The position numbers were made by a program, and so were the translations under genes. The notes under the pieces are model-generated. The model was not told the DNA's origin, did not search any database, and saw only the letters and a list, made by a program, of their open reading frames with translations. This document shows, piece after piece, positions 15,171 to 25,600 of a stretch of DNA of 26,054 bases (position 1 is the first letter of the stretch; each line of letters begins with the position of its first letter). Source of the DNA: Candidatus Poseidoniales archaeon (GTDB lineage: Archaea > Thermoplasmatota > Poseidoniia > Poseidoniales > Thalassarchaeaceae); contig JAKUTA010000001.1 of the NCBI GenBank assembly GCA_022447885.1, positions 1 through 26,054 on the forward strand. The letters run 5' to 3'.

Positions 15171-16229
15171 ATGGGTTCTGGAAGTGAGCACGGAAAGGAC
15201 GTGCTCGGCCGTGCTGATGCCCACTCACTCGCGCTGCTCACGTGGGTCTGGGCCTTGCTCGCCTTGCTGGTGACACCGATGCTGCTCGCCGCCTTTGTGT
15301 GGCAGAGCGCCGACTGGGGAGAGGGGGTGGCCTTGGTCATCCCCGACCCATGGAAACCGGAATGGACGCGCACGTTGGCCCTGCTCAGCGGTGGTCCGCT
15401 GGTGCTCTGGACGATGGCGACTCTGTCACTGGTGGCGATCTGGCTGGCCACGTCAGCCAAGTCCATCAGCACGGCAAGAGATGCAGGAAGGGCCGCCTGG
15501 CTGTGGCCGAGGGGGCATCAAGGAGCGGGTTGGCAGGGCGCTGGCAGGTTGGCCTGTGTGGGGGCGACTGCTGCGGCGATCCTGCTCGTCGGAATCGCTG
15601 CTTCCCTGCTCACGCTGGTGTCCGGGAGTGTCCCCGGGGCACCCGATGTCGCTGGCTTCGGGGAGGCGGAACTGTGGCTCTCGCTGTTCAGCGCGGCGTT
15701 CGTCGAGGAAGCGATCCATCGCGGCGTGCTGCTGACACTGCCCCTCTGGTTGCTCATGCGCGCCGGCTCGAGGGGGCTTGCGCGCTCGACCATCTGGCGA
15801 GGCGGACTGCTGGAGAGAGGCTGGTCGCTGGAGGCGGCGAGCGTGCTGCTGCTCTCAGCCGCCCTGTTCGCCTCGGTGCACGTGCCGCAGTACGGTGGCT
15901 GGAAATGGTGGCCGACATTCTTCTCTGGGCTCGCTCTCGGGTGGCTCGCGCTGCGCGCTGGCCTTGCGGCGGCGGTGCTCGCGCACGCGCTGGTCAACGT
16001 GAGCGTGTTCCATCTCGCCTGGATGACGGCGGCGCTGCCGATCTCCGCCGGTTCGTGGTGCCTGCTCGTCTCGCTGTTGACCGTAGGGCTCCTGTGGCAG
16101 GTCGTGCCGGTCGCCCTCAGCATCACTCGCTGGGAGTTGGCCAACGTCCGCAGAGACCTGTTCGCACCACGCAAGGATGACCAGCGATCCCGTGCGGTTG
16201 CTGCCGAGATCGCGCACGGCGAGGAGTAG
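15171..16229 (+). CDS. CPBP (CAAX/Abi-family) intramembrane glutamic endopeptidase, about 352 aa
   Basis: Multi-TM; motifs EEAIHR, FASVH and HALVN; SD GAGGGGTGA before ATG 15171. Confidence 0.88.
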   Translation: MGSGSEHGKDVLGRADAHSLALLTWVWALLALLVTPMLLAAFVWQSADWGEGVALVIPDPWKPEWTRTLALLSGGPLVLWTMATLSLVAIWLATSAKSISTARDAGRAAWLWPRGHQGAGWQGAGRLACVGATAAAILLVGIAASLLTLVSGSVPGAPDVAGFGEAELWLSLFSAAFVEEAIHRGVLLTLPLWLLMRAGSRGLARSTIWRGGLLERGWSLEAASVLLLSAALFASVHVPQYGGWKWWPTFFSGLALGWLALRAGLAAAVLAHALVNVSVFHLAWMTAALPISAGSWCLLVSLLTVGLLWQVVPVALSITRWELANVRRDLFAPRKDDQRSRAVAAEIAHGEE

Positions 16230-16231
16230 GC

Positions 16232-17644
16232 TCAGTCGCACATCGCGGCAAGCGCGGCGCTGACGCACTTCGTGACTGCCTTGGCCGTGGGCACGTGCAG
16301 CTTCTCGTCAGGTCCGTGGGCGTTGTTGCCCGGCCCGGCAGCGCCCGTCACCAGGTAGCGTGCATCCGGATAGGACTCCTGCATCATCGACATGAACGGG
16401 ATCGTGCCCCCTTCGTAGAACGGCATGCTGCCGTTGCCGAAGAAGCGTTGCGAGGCCGCATCGAGAGCCGCATCCACCGCCGCGGGTATCGGGGGCGCGG
16501 CGAATCCGTTCGCCGCCGTATCGAGCGTCATGCTCACGTGCGCCCCGTGTGGCGGGTCAGCCTCGAGCAGTCGTTTCAGTAGGGTGGCGGCCAGTTCCGA
16601 TTCGATGCCGGGAGGTATGCGCACGGACACCTTCAGGTCGGTGTGCGTCCGCAGCACGTTGCCCGCCTGCTCGAGCGCTGGCATCCCGCCCGCACCGGTG
16701 ATCGACAGGGTCGGACGCCAGTTCTGCGCCAGCAGGGCCTCGACCAGGTCGGTGCTCTGCGCCTCGACTCCATCGAGAAACGGGAAATCGTCGATGAGCG
16801 CTTGGCCGAGCACGTCGCAGATGCGCTGCGAATCGGCGCGCAACTCGTCGCTGATGTCGATGTGCAGCCAATCCGGCCTGAGTGCACCGGTGTCCTCGTC
16901 CTCCAGACGGGACAGCAGCTGGCGAGCGATCCTGAACGATGACGGCATCACACCGCTCGCCATCCCGGAATGGACTCCCTCGGCGGAGACAGCGACGGAA
17001 AGCGTGCCGCCGATGAGCCCGCGCAGGCTCTCGGTGATCCAGAGACGCTCGTAATCCCCCATGCCGGAGTCGAGCACGATGACGAGGTCAGGGGTGCCGA
17101 GATCATCCTTGCATTCGGCGAGGTACGCAGGCAGGTCGGGCGAGCCGGACTCCTCGCAGGTCTCGATGATGAAGCGACAGGTCGGGTGCGGGATCCCCTG
17201 CTGCTGCAGCGCCAGCACCGAGATGATGCCTGCATATCCGCCGTACCCGTCGTCGACACTTCCCCGTCCGAACAGCCAGTCGCCCTCGCGCACCGGCTTC
17301 CACGGACCCTTGCCCTCGGACCAGCCGGTGAACTCCGGTTGTTTGTCGAGATGTGAATAGAACAGCACCTCTCCGGGGGCGGTGCCCTTGACCTTGCACA
17401 GTATCAGCGGCGTCAGTCCGGCGAGTTGATGCACGTTCACGCTGAGTCCTTCCAACGGCACGGTGGCCAGCCAAGAGGTGAACAGGTCGATGGTGGCGTC
17501 GAGATGGCCGTTCGCGTTCCAGTCGGCGTCGAACGCGGGAGAGAGAGCGGGGATCTCGATGAACCGGTACAGATCCGGCAGCGCGGAGTCGTCCCACATC
17601 CCATCAACGAACTGTGAGAGGGCATCCCAGTCGAGTTCTGCCAT
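16232..17644 (-). CDS. M20/M25/M40 family metallopeptidase (ArgE/DapE-like), 470 aa
   Basis: HLDKQP, GRGSVDDG, EESGS, LDSG, GGTIPFM and NAHGPDE metal/catalytic motifs; SD GGAGGT. Confidence 0.95.
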   Translation of the reverse strand: MAELDWDALSQFVDGMWDDSALPDLYRFIEIPALSPAFDADWNANGHLDATIDLFTSWLATVPLEGLSVNVHQLAGLTPLILCKVKGTAPGEVLFYSHLDKQPEFTGWSEGKGPWKPVREGDWLFGRGSVDDGYGGYAGIISVLALQQQGIPHPTCRFIIETCEESGSPDLPAYLAECKDDLGTPDLVIVLDSGMGDYERLWITESLRGLIGGTLSVAVSAEGVHSGMASGVMPSSFRIARQLLSRLEDEDTGALRPDWLHIDISDELRADSQRICDVLGQALIDDFPFLDGVEAQSTDLVEALLAQNWRPTLSITGAGGMPALEQAGNVLRTHTDLKVSVRIPPGIESELAATLLKRLLEADPPHGAHVSMTLDTAANGFAAPPIPAAVDAALDAASQRFFGNGSMPFYEGGTIPFMSMMQESYPDARYLVTGAAGPGNNAHGPDEKLHVPTAKAVTKCVSAALAAMCD

Positions 17645-17674
17645 GCGTCGGCCAACCTCCTTCCAATCAAGGAT

Positions 17675-20600
17675 TCACCGGTGCAGCGGCCACCCCTCGG
17701 GCGCGCAGATGCGCACGTCCCCGAGGAAGAACGGACATCGATGGCAGGTCTCCTGCTGCTCCTCGGGCAACCGCGGGAAATTCGCCTCTTGCAGGTGGTC
17801 GGTCACCGACACCCGCGCCAACATCTCCAGATGGTCCGAGAATTCGCTGGCCACCTCCTCCCATTCCGCATCCGTCCACGTGATCATCCGGCCAGTGGCG
17901 CCGACCAGGATGACCGGGGGCAGCACGTCGCGCGACGCCAGTCCGGCGCGCTGGCGCATCCGCTCCAGGCCGAGCAGCGCCTGATGGTAGAGCTGCAGCT
18001 GGAATCGATACTTGCCGAGCAGCGAGGACTCCGCCTCGTTACGCGATGTCGGCTCGTCGGGCTCAGCGACCGGCTCGAACAGGGTTCCCGCGACATCAGC
18101 CGCATCCTCGGTGGTATCGTCGAGCAATCCGAGACAGGATTCGGTCTTCAGGTCGACCGCGCGGATGGTCGCTCGCTCACCCTCGCCCCGCTGGGTGCAC
18201 AGCACCAGGTCGGCGAGTCCATTGAAGTCGAACAGCACCCTGTCCACCGTGGCCGTATGCACATCTCCCGTGGGCGTCCAAGTGAACTCCTGGCAATCTG
18301 CGAGTTCGACGGGAACCTGCAGTGTGAACGGCCACTCGGTGCGCAGCCCCTCCACTCTGTCGTCGCCGACGACCTCTCCGGCGCACAGCCTTCCGAGCGG
18401 TCCTTGCTGAAGCGTGCGCCCCATCTCGAGCAGCAGGTCGCTGGTGGCGTCGCGGTCGACGTCCACAGGCAGCAGTTCGTCGCACACCGTGTCGATGAGT
18501 CCCAGAGAGGTGAGCATGCCTGGGTTTGCGCGCATCCACTGGGCGGGCAGCGGGACGAGCGGCCCTGATTCGGGTGGTCCGGGGTTCCCGATGCCGAGTT
18601 CGACCAGCCTGTGGAACAGTGAGCCGAGCACGGTAGGTTCCGGTAGGCGTGGCCCTTCCTCTTGCTCACCCTCATCCTGTCCGTCATCATCGAGCAGCGG
18701 CAGGCGGATCGGTTCGGACAGCAGCCCGATGTGCGTGCTGAGCCAATGCTGCCTGATGCAGCGGCTGGCTGTGTCAATACGGTGAGGAGCCATGCGGATG
18801 CGCCGAGTCAGATTTCGGGGCTGCTCGGCTGCCACCGGTTCAGGGTCGAGGCGAGCGCTGTCATGCAACCGTTGCATGGTCACCAGAGGAGCGACCACCT
18901 CGCGCTCTTCGAGCACGCAGTCCGGGTGGTGCAGGATGGGGAACGAGGTCAGGCCGTTCGGTGGCAGATGAGCGTCGGCGACGAGAGCGGCGGGACCCAG
19001 AGCGATACCACCGCTGAAGGAATGCGGTAACGGGTATGCCATCGCCTCATCCCCATCGAGCAACCAAGGCGAGGCGGCGTCCCCTGCTCGGCTGGACGAC
19101 TGGCGCAGCGCTTCGAGCCACATCTGACCGAAGTGAGGTGTCGGGCCGTACTTCCAGTCGATCTCGATCGATGCCGCCGCCGGCGCGAGCGCCGCGTTCC
19201 TGGGTGCGCCGGCCAAGATGAGCAGGTCCTTGGCGCGGGTGCAGGCGACGTAGAGCAGCCGCCGCGCCTCGGCCTGGACCTGTGCTTCCAACAGCCGGTT
19301 GGACAGCCGCCAGCTGCCGCTGTCCGGAGGCGGGCGGCTGCGCCATGGGTGGGTGCGAGGGCTGAACATGTCAGCGGTGATCAGCAACCTGTCCTTCAGC
19401 GACTGGGAGATGTTGCTCTGGTTCTCCGAGAACATCCCGGTCACTATGACGACCTTCGACTGCAGACCCTTCGCTCCATGGATCGTCATCAGCTGCACAG
19501 CATTCCCCGGGGGCAGCGCGGTCGAGGGAAGATGACGGCCGGCGACCTGTGACAAGCGATGCATCCTGTCAGCGAGCAGCACTACGTCGCCACCGGCCTC
19601 AGCGATCTGCTGGCTTACCAGCTCGACGAACTGCTCGGCATATTGTCGCTCCACCGGTGTCGGGTGCGCCAGCAGCAGGTCCGAATGGTCGAGAGTCTCT
19701 GACAGCAGGCGCAGCAGCCTCCCGCTGTTCGCCAGTTCCACCCAACGTTGCACGAGCGCCCGCTGGCCGTCGCTGACCGCATGCTCGACGAGGCGGACGA
19801 GCAGGTCCTCGTCGCCGTCCTCCTCGAGCAGGAACTCCTGCAGTTGCACATCAGAGTGCCCGATCAGCGGTGAACGGGAGAGTGCGGCGGCGTTGAACGG
19901 CATGAGTGGGCGGGCGACCATCTGCACCAACGCCATCAACGCCTGCACGACCGGTTGTTCCAGCAGTCCTCCCTCCTGGTCAGCGAGAGCCGGGACACCG
20001 AGCGCCGTCAGCCGGTGGACGAGGTCGGCCATGTGCGTACGCGACGGCATCAGCACCATGATGTCCCGCGGCTCGACCGCCTCGGCCGCCGGCAGTTCGA
20101 GCCAGCCGTCATCAGCAGTCGGATCATGAACGCGCATCGCGGAGCCATCCACCAGAGCGCGGATGCGGGAGGCGATCAGCTCGTTCTCGAGGTGCACCGC
20201 AGTCGCCCCCTCACCGAGGTCGAACGGATCGATGGCCACGGCCAGGTCCTCGGGCGGATCGCTCGCCGCCCCACCTGAGAGCGGCAGCAGCCATTCCAGC
20301 CCACCTCGCTCCTCGGTGCGGTGTGCCCTGAGGGCGCGTGCGCGTGCGTACCAATCACCCGGGAACAGGTCGTGGCGGGGAGCGAACAGGTCCTCCCACC
20401 ACTCATTCATCGTCTGCAGCAGGTCCCGGCAGGTCCGGTAGTTCGTCACCAGGTCGATGTGCCCCTGCGCCCTGCGTGCGGTATCGACGGCGCTGACCGG
20501 GTTGCCATCGTCATCGAGGTCGAAGCGGATCCACGCGTTCGCGGGGATCGGCCGGCTGTTCACCCATTCAAGAGCGGTCACGAATGACGATGTGTCGACG

Positions 20601-22666
20601 TGTCTGGGGTCTCGCGATGCTGCCCGTTTCCTGAGCGCCGGCGCCAGCAGCAGTCGTTCCTCGTTGGCGAATTCATATTCGTTCACACTGCGCAGGTGGG
20701 ATGTGTAGCGCGCCATCCCGCTGACCTGCGCTTGCCTGAAACCGTAGATGCTCTGCTTCTGGTCGCCTACCCAGCATACCGTCGGCTGCCAGGCGCTCTG
20801 CGGGGGATCCGGGTCTCCTTCCACTCGCTGACGGACACCCCACAGCCTCGAGAGCAGCAACCACTGCTGGATCGAGTTGTCCTGCGCCTCGTCGATGATG
20901 AACGCCCGGAAGCGCCGCCTGATCGTCTTCAGGGTGTGAATCCGCCGGGTCAGGTCATCTGCCACTTCTCGCATGGGCCAGTCGCGGAAGGCATCGCTGA
21001 TCACCCGCCTCTCGACTCCATCCTCCGCGATCACCTCGAAAGCGGACTCGACCAGCGCCATCGCCGCATCGAGGTGGGAATCCGTCCACGGATGTTCGAG
21101 GTCGAGCGCGTCCAATCGCTCGACCACCTCAGGGGGGTACCAGCGTCGACAGACGGAAGGACAGCGGGAGAGCAGCAGGTCTTCTGCCAGGGAAGCGACA
21201 TCATCGTGGTCGTGCATCCCGGCAGCCAGTTTCAGTTCGGTGAGCACATCTTGCGCCCCCGCATGCACCAACAACAGGTCCTCGAGCAGGCGTGCATCGA
21301 CATCTACGGTGAGCGCGGTGGGGGAACGGGCCTCGTATGCCGGGATGGGGTCCGTGAGCCTGACCGGACTGACTGTCGCATCAGCGGGGAGATGAGGTGG
21401 CTCGCTGGTTCCATCGAAGAGGTAGGCGATGATCGCACACGAGCGCATCCGTTGGCCAAGGAGCGTGGCGAACAGCCGGCGGGCGTCATTCATCGCTGCA
21501 TCCAGCCGAGCGGTCGTCGCAGCCTTCGCGCTGGCATCACGAATCGAAGCGAGGGTTGGAAGACCAGAGGGCCAACCATCCCCATTAGGCAGCCGACGGC
21601 CCGGGAACACGCTCGGATACAGATTCTCGCGGCCTGAGAGTGAGCAGATGGCGGTGAGCAGATGGTGCAGCCAGAGCAATTTTTCCCAGGTACCGGCGGG
21701 CGGACCTGTGCTCACCAGTTCGTCGACGCAGCGGTAGCGAGTCTGGGCTCCGAGAGCAGTGACCAGATCGAAGTCCGTCGCTCGCTCGCGACAGGCGTCC
21801 ACCCACTCGTCACAGATCAGATGCAGGTCGGCGCAGAAAGCGGCCACCTCGGCGTCGTCGAGCATCTCGGTGAACGCCGAGCGCAGCGACTGGGCATCGA
21901 TGCTCCCTGATGCACCACGCTCGCGCAGCGCCCGGCGGCAGGATACGACGAACACTCCGTTGCGCAGCAGCTTGGCGATGATCCCCTGGGCGTTGCTCCT
22001 GCCACCCAACTGTGACGAGATGCGATTACGGGCGTCGATGAACTCCCTCGCCGTCACGCTGCGCACCTTGACATCGCCTGCATGCCGCTCATTCTGGATG
22101 CGCCAGCAGCTGTTCAGCGCCCTGTCGAGCAGGAGCACCCGCTGGGCGTCGCTCACCTGATCATGGGTGGGCCGCTCACCGAGCTGGTTCCTGTGAGCGG
22201 TCACAAGGCGAGAGAGGAACGAATCGATCGTGCCGATGGGAGCCTCGTCGAGCAGCATCCCGAGTTGCTCCACCAGTCCTTCACGGCGAATCCGGGGGTC
22301 GTAGCGCAGCCCGTCCCGCTCACCGCGCGGTCCGGGGCGCAGCCTGCCGAGTTCACGGCGCATCCGGTCGCGCAGTTCCTCGGCCGCGCGGACGGTGAAT
22401 GTGAGCACGACCACCTCGGTAGGCAACAAGGCCCGCCATTCTCGCAGGTCCTCACGCTCACTGGTGGGAGCAGCCAGCAGCCCGCCGGAAAGATCGATGT
22501 CTCGCGGTCCGGGCGGCAGCAGGCGAGTCGCCCGCTGATCCTCGGACAGGTAATGCTCGAGCGTGCGCTGCACGATGCAGTGTGTCTTGCCGGTACCCGC
22601 TCCTGCATCGAGCACGATGTGCGCGTCGATGTTCAGCCCGAGCCGCTGACCGCGGTTCAACTCCAC
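17675..22666 (-). CDS. AddA-like UvrD (SF1A) helicase fused to a C-terminal RecB-type PD-(D/E)XK nuclease, 1663 aa
   Basis: AGAGTGKT (I), VLTFTVRAAEEL (Ia), IIDEAQD (II), VGDQKQSIYGFRQA (III), NYRT (IV), TIHGAKGLQ (V) and RRLLYVACTRAKD (VI); nuclease GLADLV...AVDLKT...QLQLY; Cys in SRCIR plus CHRC-x9-C. Confidence 0.93.
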   Translation of the reverse strand: MELNRGQRLGLNIDAHIVLDAGAGTGKTHCIVQRTLEHYLSEDQRATRLLPPGPRDIDLSGGLLAAPTSEREDLREWRALLPTEVVVLTFTVRAAEELRDRMRRELGRLRPGPRGERDGLRYDPRIRREGLVEQLGMLLDEAPIGTIDSFLSRLVTAHRNQLGERPTHDQVSDAQRVLLLDRALNSCWRIQNERHAGDVKVRSVTAREFIDARNRISSQLGGRSNAQGIIAKLLRNGVFVVSCRRALRERGASGSIDAQSLRSAFTEMLDDAEVAAFCADLHLICDEWVDACRERATDFDLVTALGAQTRYRCVDELVSTGPPAGTWEKLLWLHHLLTAICSLSGRENLYPSVFPGRRLPNGDGWPSGLPTLASIRDASAKAATTARLDAAMNDARRLFATLLGQRMRSCAIIAYLFDGTSEPPHLPADATVSPVRLTDPIPAYEARSPTALTVDVDARLLEDLLLVHAGAQDVLTELKLAAGMHDHDDVASLAEDLLLSRCPSVCRRWYPPEVVERLDALDLEHPWTDSHLDAAMALVESAFEVIAEDGVERRVISDAFRDWPMREVADDLTRRIHTLKTIRRRFRAFIIDEAQDNSIQQWLLLSRLWGVRQRVEGDPDPPQSAWQPTVCWVGDQKQSIYGFRQAQVSGMARYTSHLRSVNEYEFANEERLLLAPALRKRAASRDPRHVDTSSFVTALEWVNSRPIPANAWIRFDLDDDGNPVSAVDTARRAQGHIDLVTNYRTCRDLLQTMNEWWEDLFAPRHDLFPGDWYARARALRAHRTEERGGLEWLLPLSGGAASDPPEDLAVAIDPFDLGEGATAVHLENELIASRIRALVDGSAMRVHDPTADDGWLELPAAEAVEPRDIMVLMPSRTHMADLVHRLTALGVPALADQEGGLLEQPVVQALMALVQMVARPLMPFNAAALSRSPLIGHSDVQLQEFLLEEDGDEDLLVRLVEHAVSDGQRALVQRWVELANSGRLLRLLSETLDHSDLLLAHPTPVERQYAEQFVELVSQQIAEAGGDVVLLADRMHRLSQVAGRHLPSTALPPGNAVQLMTIHGAKGLQSKVVIVTGMFSENQSNISQSLKDRLLITADMFSPRTHPWRSRPPPDSGSWRLSNRLLEAQVQAEARRLLYVACTRAKDLLILAGAPRNAALAPAAASIEIDWKYGPTPHFGQMWLEALRQSSSRAGDAASPWLLDGDEAMAYPLPHSFSGGIALGPAALVADAHLPPNGLTSFPILHHPDCVLEEREVVAPLVTMQRLHDSARLDPEPVAAEQPRNLTRRIRMAPHRIDTASRCIRQHWLSTHIGLLSEPIRLPLLDDDGQDEGEQEEGPRLPEPTVLGSLFHRLVELGIGNPGPPESGPLVPLPAQWMRANPGMLTSLGLIDTVCDELLPVDVDRDATSDLLLEMGRTLQQGPLGRLCAGEVVGDDRVEGLRTEWPFTLQVPVELADCQEFTWTPTGDVHTATVDRVLFDFNGLADLVLCTQRGEGERATIRAVDLKTESCLGLLDDTTEDAADVAGTLFEPVAEPDEPTSRNEAESSLLGKYRFQLQLYHQALLGLERMRQRAGLASRDVLPPVILVGATGRMITWTDAEWEEVASEFSDHLEMLARVSVTDHLQEANFPRLPEEQQETCHRCPFFLGDVRICAPEGWPLHR

Positions 22667-25600
22667 TGGCGCTCACCTCCGACCGATGCCGCGAGTCCAC
22701 AGATCGCCTTCACGTCGCAATAACTGCAACTCGACTGTCGTGGGGTTGGGTGCACCAATCCCGCAGACGCCTGTTCTGATGCGAGCAGCGCCGCAGTGAT
22801 GCGATGACGTATCCACGAACGGAACGGGTTGCTCGTCACCGACGAGGCTTTCTCGGACGGCTGGCGATACACCTGCGCAACCAGAGAACCGACTGTTCCG
22901 AGACCGAGCAGCCTGACCTCATCGATGAAGTCGGGATCGACCTCCAGGTAATGGCCCGAGCGTTCTCCGACCTCCGTGATGCCCACGGCGATCACCCGAT
23001 CCCCGGGGTGGCAGACCTCCCACGCGCGTGCGTAGAGAGCGAGTTGGACATCCTCCATCAGATCGCGGCGGTGGCGCAATCCACCTTTGCCGGGGTTGGG
23101 TCCCTCGAGCGTCTTGAGGTCGCGGATGATGACGAGACGGCGGGCGTTCCACTCCTCCTTCTCATCGAGGTCCAGCGGGCAGACCTCCTCCACCCCGTCC
23201 TCGTCCACCCACACGGTCTGTTCACCGGTGATGGCCGAGCCACCTCCATGGGGGAAGAGTTCGACGCGGTCGATGTTGCCGCGCACGAGGATCGGGGCGG
23301 GGACGTCCTTGCCCTTGTCGGGTAACTCGAGTTTGACTCCGGGTTCCTCCTCAGAGCGCGGCAGCGACCATTCGAGGGCGAGCACGGAGGCTTCGGCGAG
23401 TGACAACTCCGCGCGCAGCAGGTCCCCGAAGCGGCCGACGGGAGCGATGGGCACCGGATTCGCCAGCCAGTCGGCCCACTCCGAGTCGTTCATGCCGACG
23501 AGGTCTAGGCGGCGGGCAGCGGCGACCCCGTCGCCGCGCCTGAGCCAGGGCGCATGCTCGTCAACGATGCTCAGCAGACGCTGCATCAACTCGGCTTCGC
23601 TCTCTCCGCAGACGGCGAGTGAATGCGGGGTGAAACTCGTGCGCTCTTCGCCCAGGGTGATCCCGAGCACGTCGCACAGCAGTTCGGCGTAGGCGCCGTG
23701 CAGCAACAGGCCGCGGGTACGGTTGTCGATGTCCTCCTCGAGGGACTCGAGCTGCGAGGCCTTCAGGCGCACCTTCAGCCACGCCTGGCGCGGGCAGGTC
23801 AACCATGAGCGGAGGCGACTCGCCGACCAGTGGCGGACCGTGCCGGTGGCCTTCGCCTCGAATCCGTGGCGGTGGTCGTTGTCGGCAATCGCAATCCCAG
23901 ACGGTGCCAACGGGCGGGGGTCGACACTGAGAGCGAACCTGCCGTTGGGCAGGCGCAGTCCGATGGTCGGCCAGGACGCATGCTCCCTCGGACTCGGGTC
24001 CTCGGTCGCCTTCGGTTGCAGCCGAAGCCGCTCTATGCTCACCATCCGGTGCTTCTCTGAGTCGGAAAGGAAATGCTGCTCATCGCTGCCGCGCAGCGGC
24101 TGACGGCGCAACCGGTCACGCATCAACGGCTCATCGAGCGGGACTGTCAACGCAGCCGGATTCAACGCGCCGCTGGCGGGTGCCCTCGCCGCGTGCAGGT
24201 CGATGCCGTCCCGCTGCCGCCGGTCACGGGCAGAACCGCCGGTGACCGCGATCTCGAACCTGCCCTCATCACGGTGGATGACGGCGACCGGACGGGCGAT
24301 CAGGTAGTCGGAGGTCGTTGAAGCCGAGGTCGTGAGTTCGTGCACCGCCCAAGCGGATTCAGCATCACCTTCGAGTCCGGCGACGTCGCCATGACCGAGG
24401 AAGGAGGGCAGCATCACCTCATCGACCACGGGGAGTTTCTGGAGCCATTCGGAGAGCGGCGCGGCGGGCTGACCGCTCTCGTCATCGGGAGCGTCGAGAA
24501 CCACCACCTCGGAAGCGGCGTGCAGCAGGTGGTGGAAGCAGTGGCGTGCTTGGCGCATTCTCGCATCGGGAGGTAGGATATCCAGTTCGGCACGCTCTTC
24601 GTCAGCGAGTCCGGGAATGCTCTCCGGGCGAAGGTCCCATGAGCCGGTGTCGAGATGTGTCAGGATGATCAGGTCAGCGGAACAACCGAGCGCGTCACTC
24701 GGCGTGAGCAGACGCACACGGTCGTCATCCCCGTCGCTCGCGGGGAATGTGAGACCAGCCAGCAGGTCGAGCAGTTCGAACACCCATTCACGGCCGTCGG
24801 CAGCCGGCTGCTGGCCGATCAATCGCTGCGAGCGGCGCAGGCCAGCGTGCGCTTGCAGCAGGTGCTGCAGTCCGGAGATCGAGGCTTGCCGTCCACCGTC
24901 GAGATGCTCGTTCCATCCGCTCCAGTCGATGTTCTGCAGCAGGTCGCGCAGCCAGGCATCACCATTGGCAGCCGCAGCGGGAAGTGGCAAGGGCTCGCCG
25001 CTGGAGCAACCGGTCACCAGCAGCGCCTCGTCGAGCACGGAGCGGTCATCACCGCGCAGCAGCGGACGCAGTCTGTTGGCGATGCTGAGCAGCCACCACT
25101 GAGTCTGTTCGTGGCGGCGATTCTGGATGTGCTCCGGCACGTAGCCTGAGTCGATCGGGCGGCGAGCGAGCGCCTGCAGCCAACGCCTGAGGGCGCCCGG
25201 ACCTCCGAGAAGATGGAAGCCGCGCGACACCTCCTCGAGCACATCGATGTCGGCGATGGGACGCCAATCCCCCTCTGTGGGGTGCTGCTCTGGACACAAC
25301 CAATCCGTCGAGAGCATCAGGGTACGTTGCATCGCCAACCCGCGCAGCCTGTCCAGGGACCACGCCTCCTCTCCGGTCGCCAGAGTCGCGAGTTCGGCCG
25401 TCCAGTGAACGGCGGGGCTGTCGAGCAGCGCGGTCACAGCTGTCGGACATCGAACACCCAGTTCTGCGAATGAACGACCCCAGGATTCAGCCCTCTCACA
25501 GAGGCCTGGATCGATGATGATCGCCGTGGCGGTCGGCTCGCTGTCCTCCAACCACGCTGCCACCAGTTCACGTGTCGCCAACTGCGCCTGCTGCCAGCGG

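Noticed and set aside
20600-21637. 345-aa plus-strand ORF and other short ORFs within 17675-26052
   Set aside because: Antisense or alternative frames of the AddAB-like genes.
22657-23830. Cas4-like nuclease suggesting a CRISPR locus
   Set aside because: It is the C-terminal domain of a >1100-aa AddB-like protein; no repeat-spacer array or cas1/cas2 in the window.
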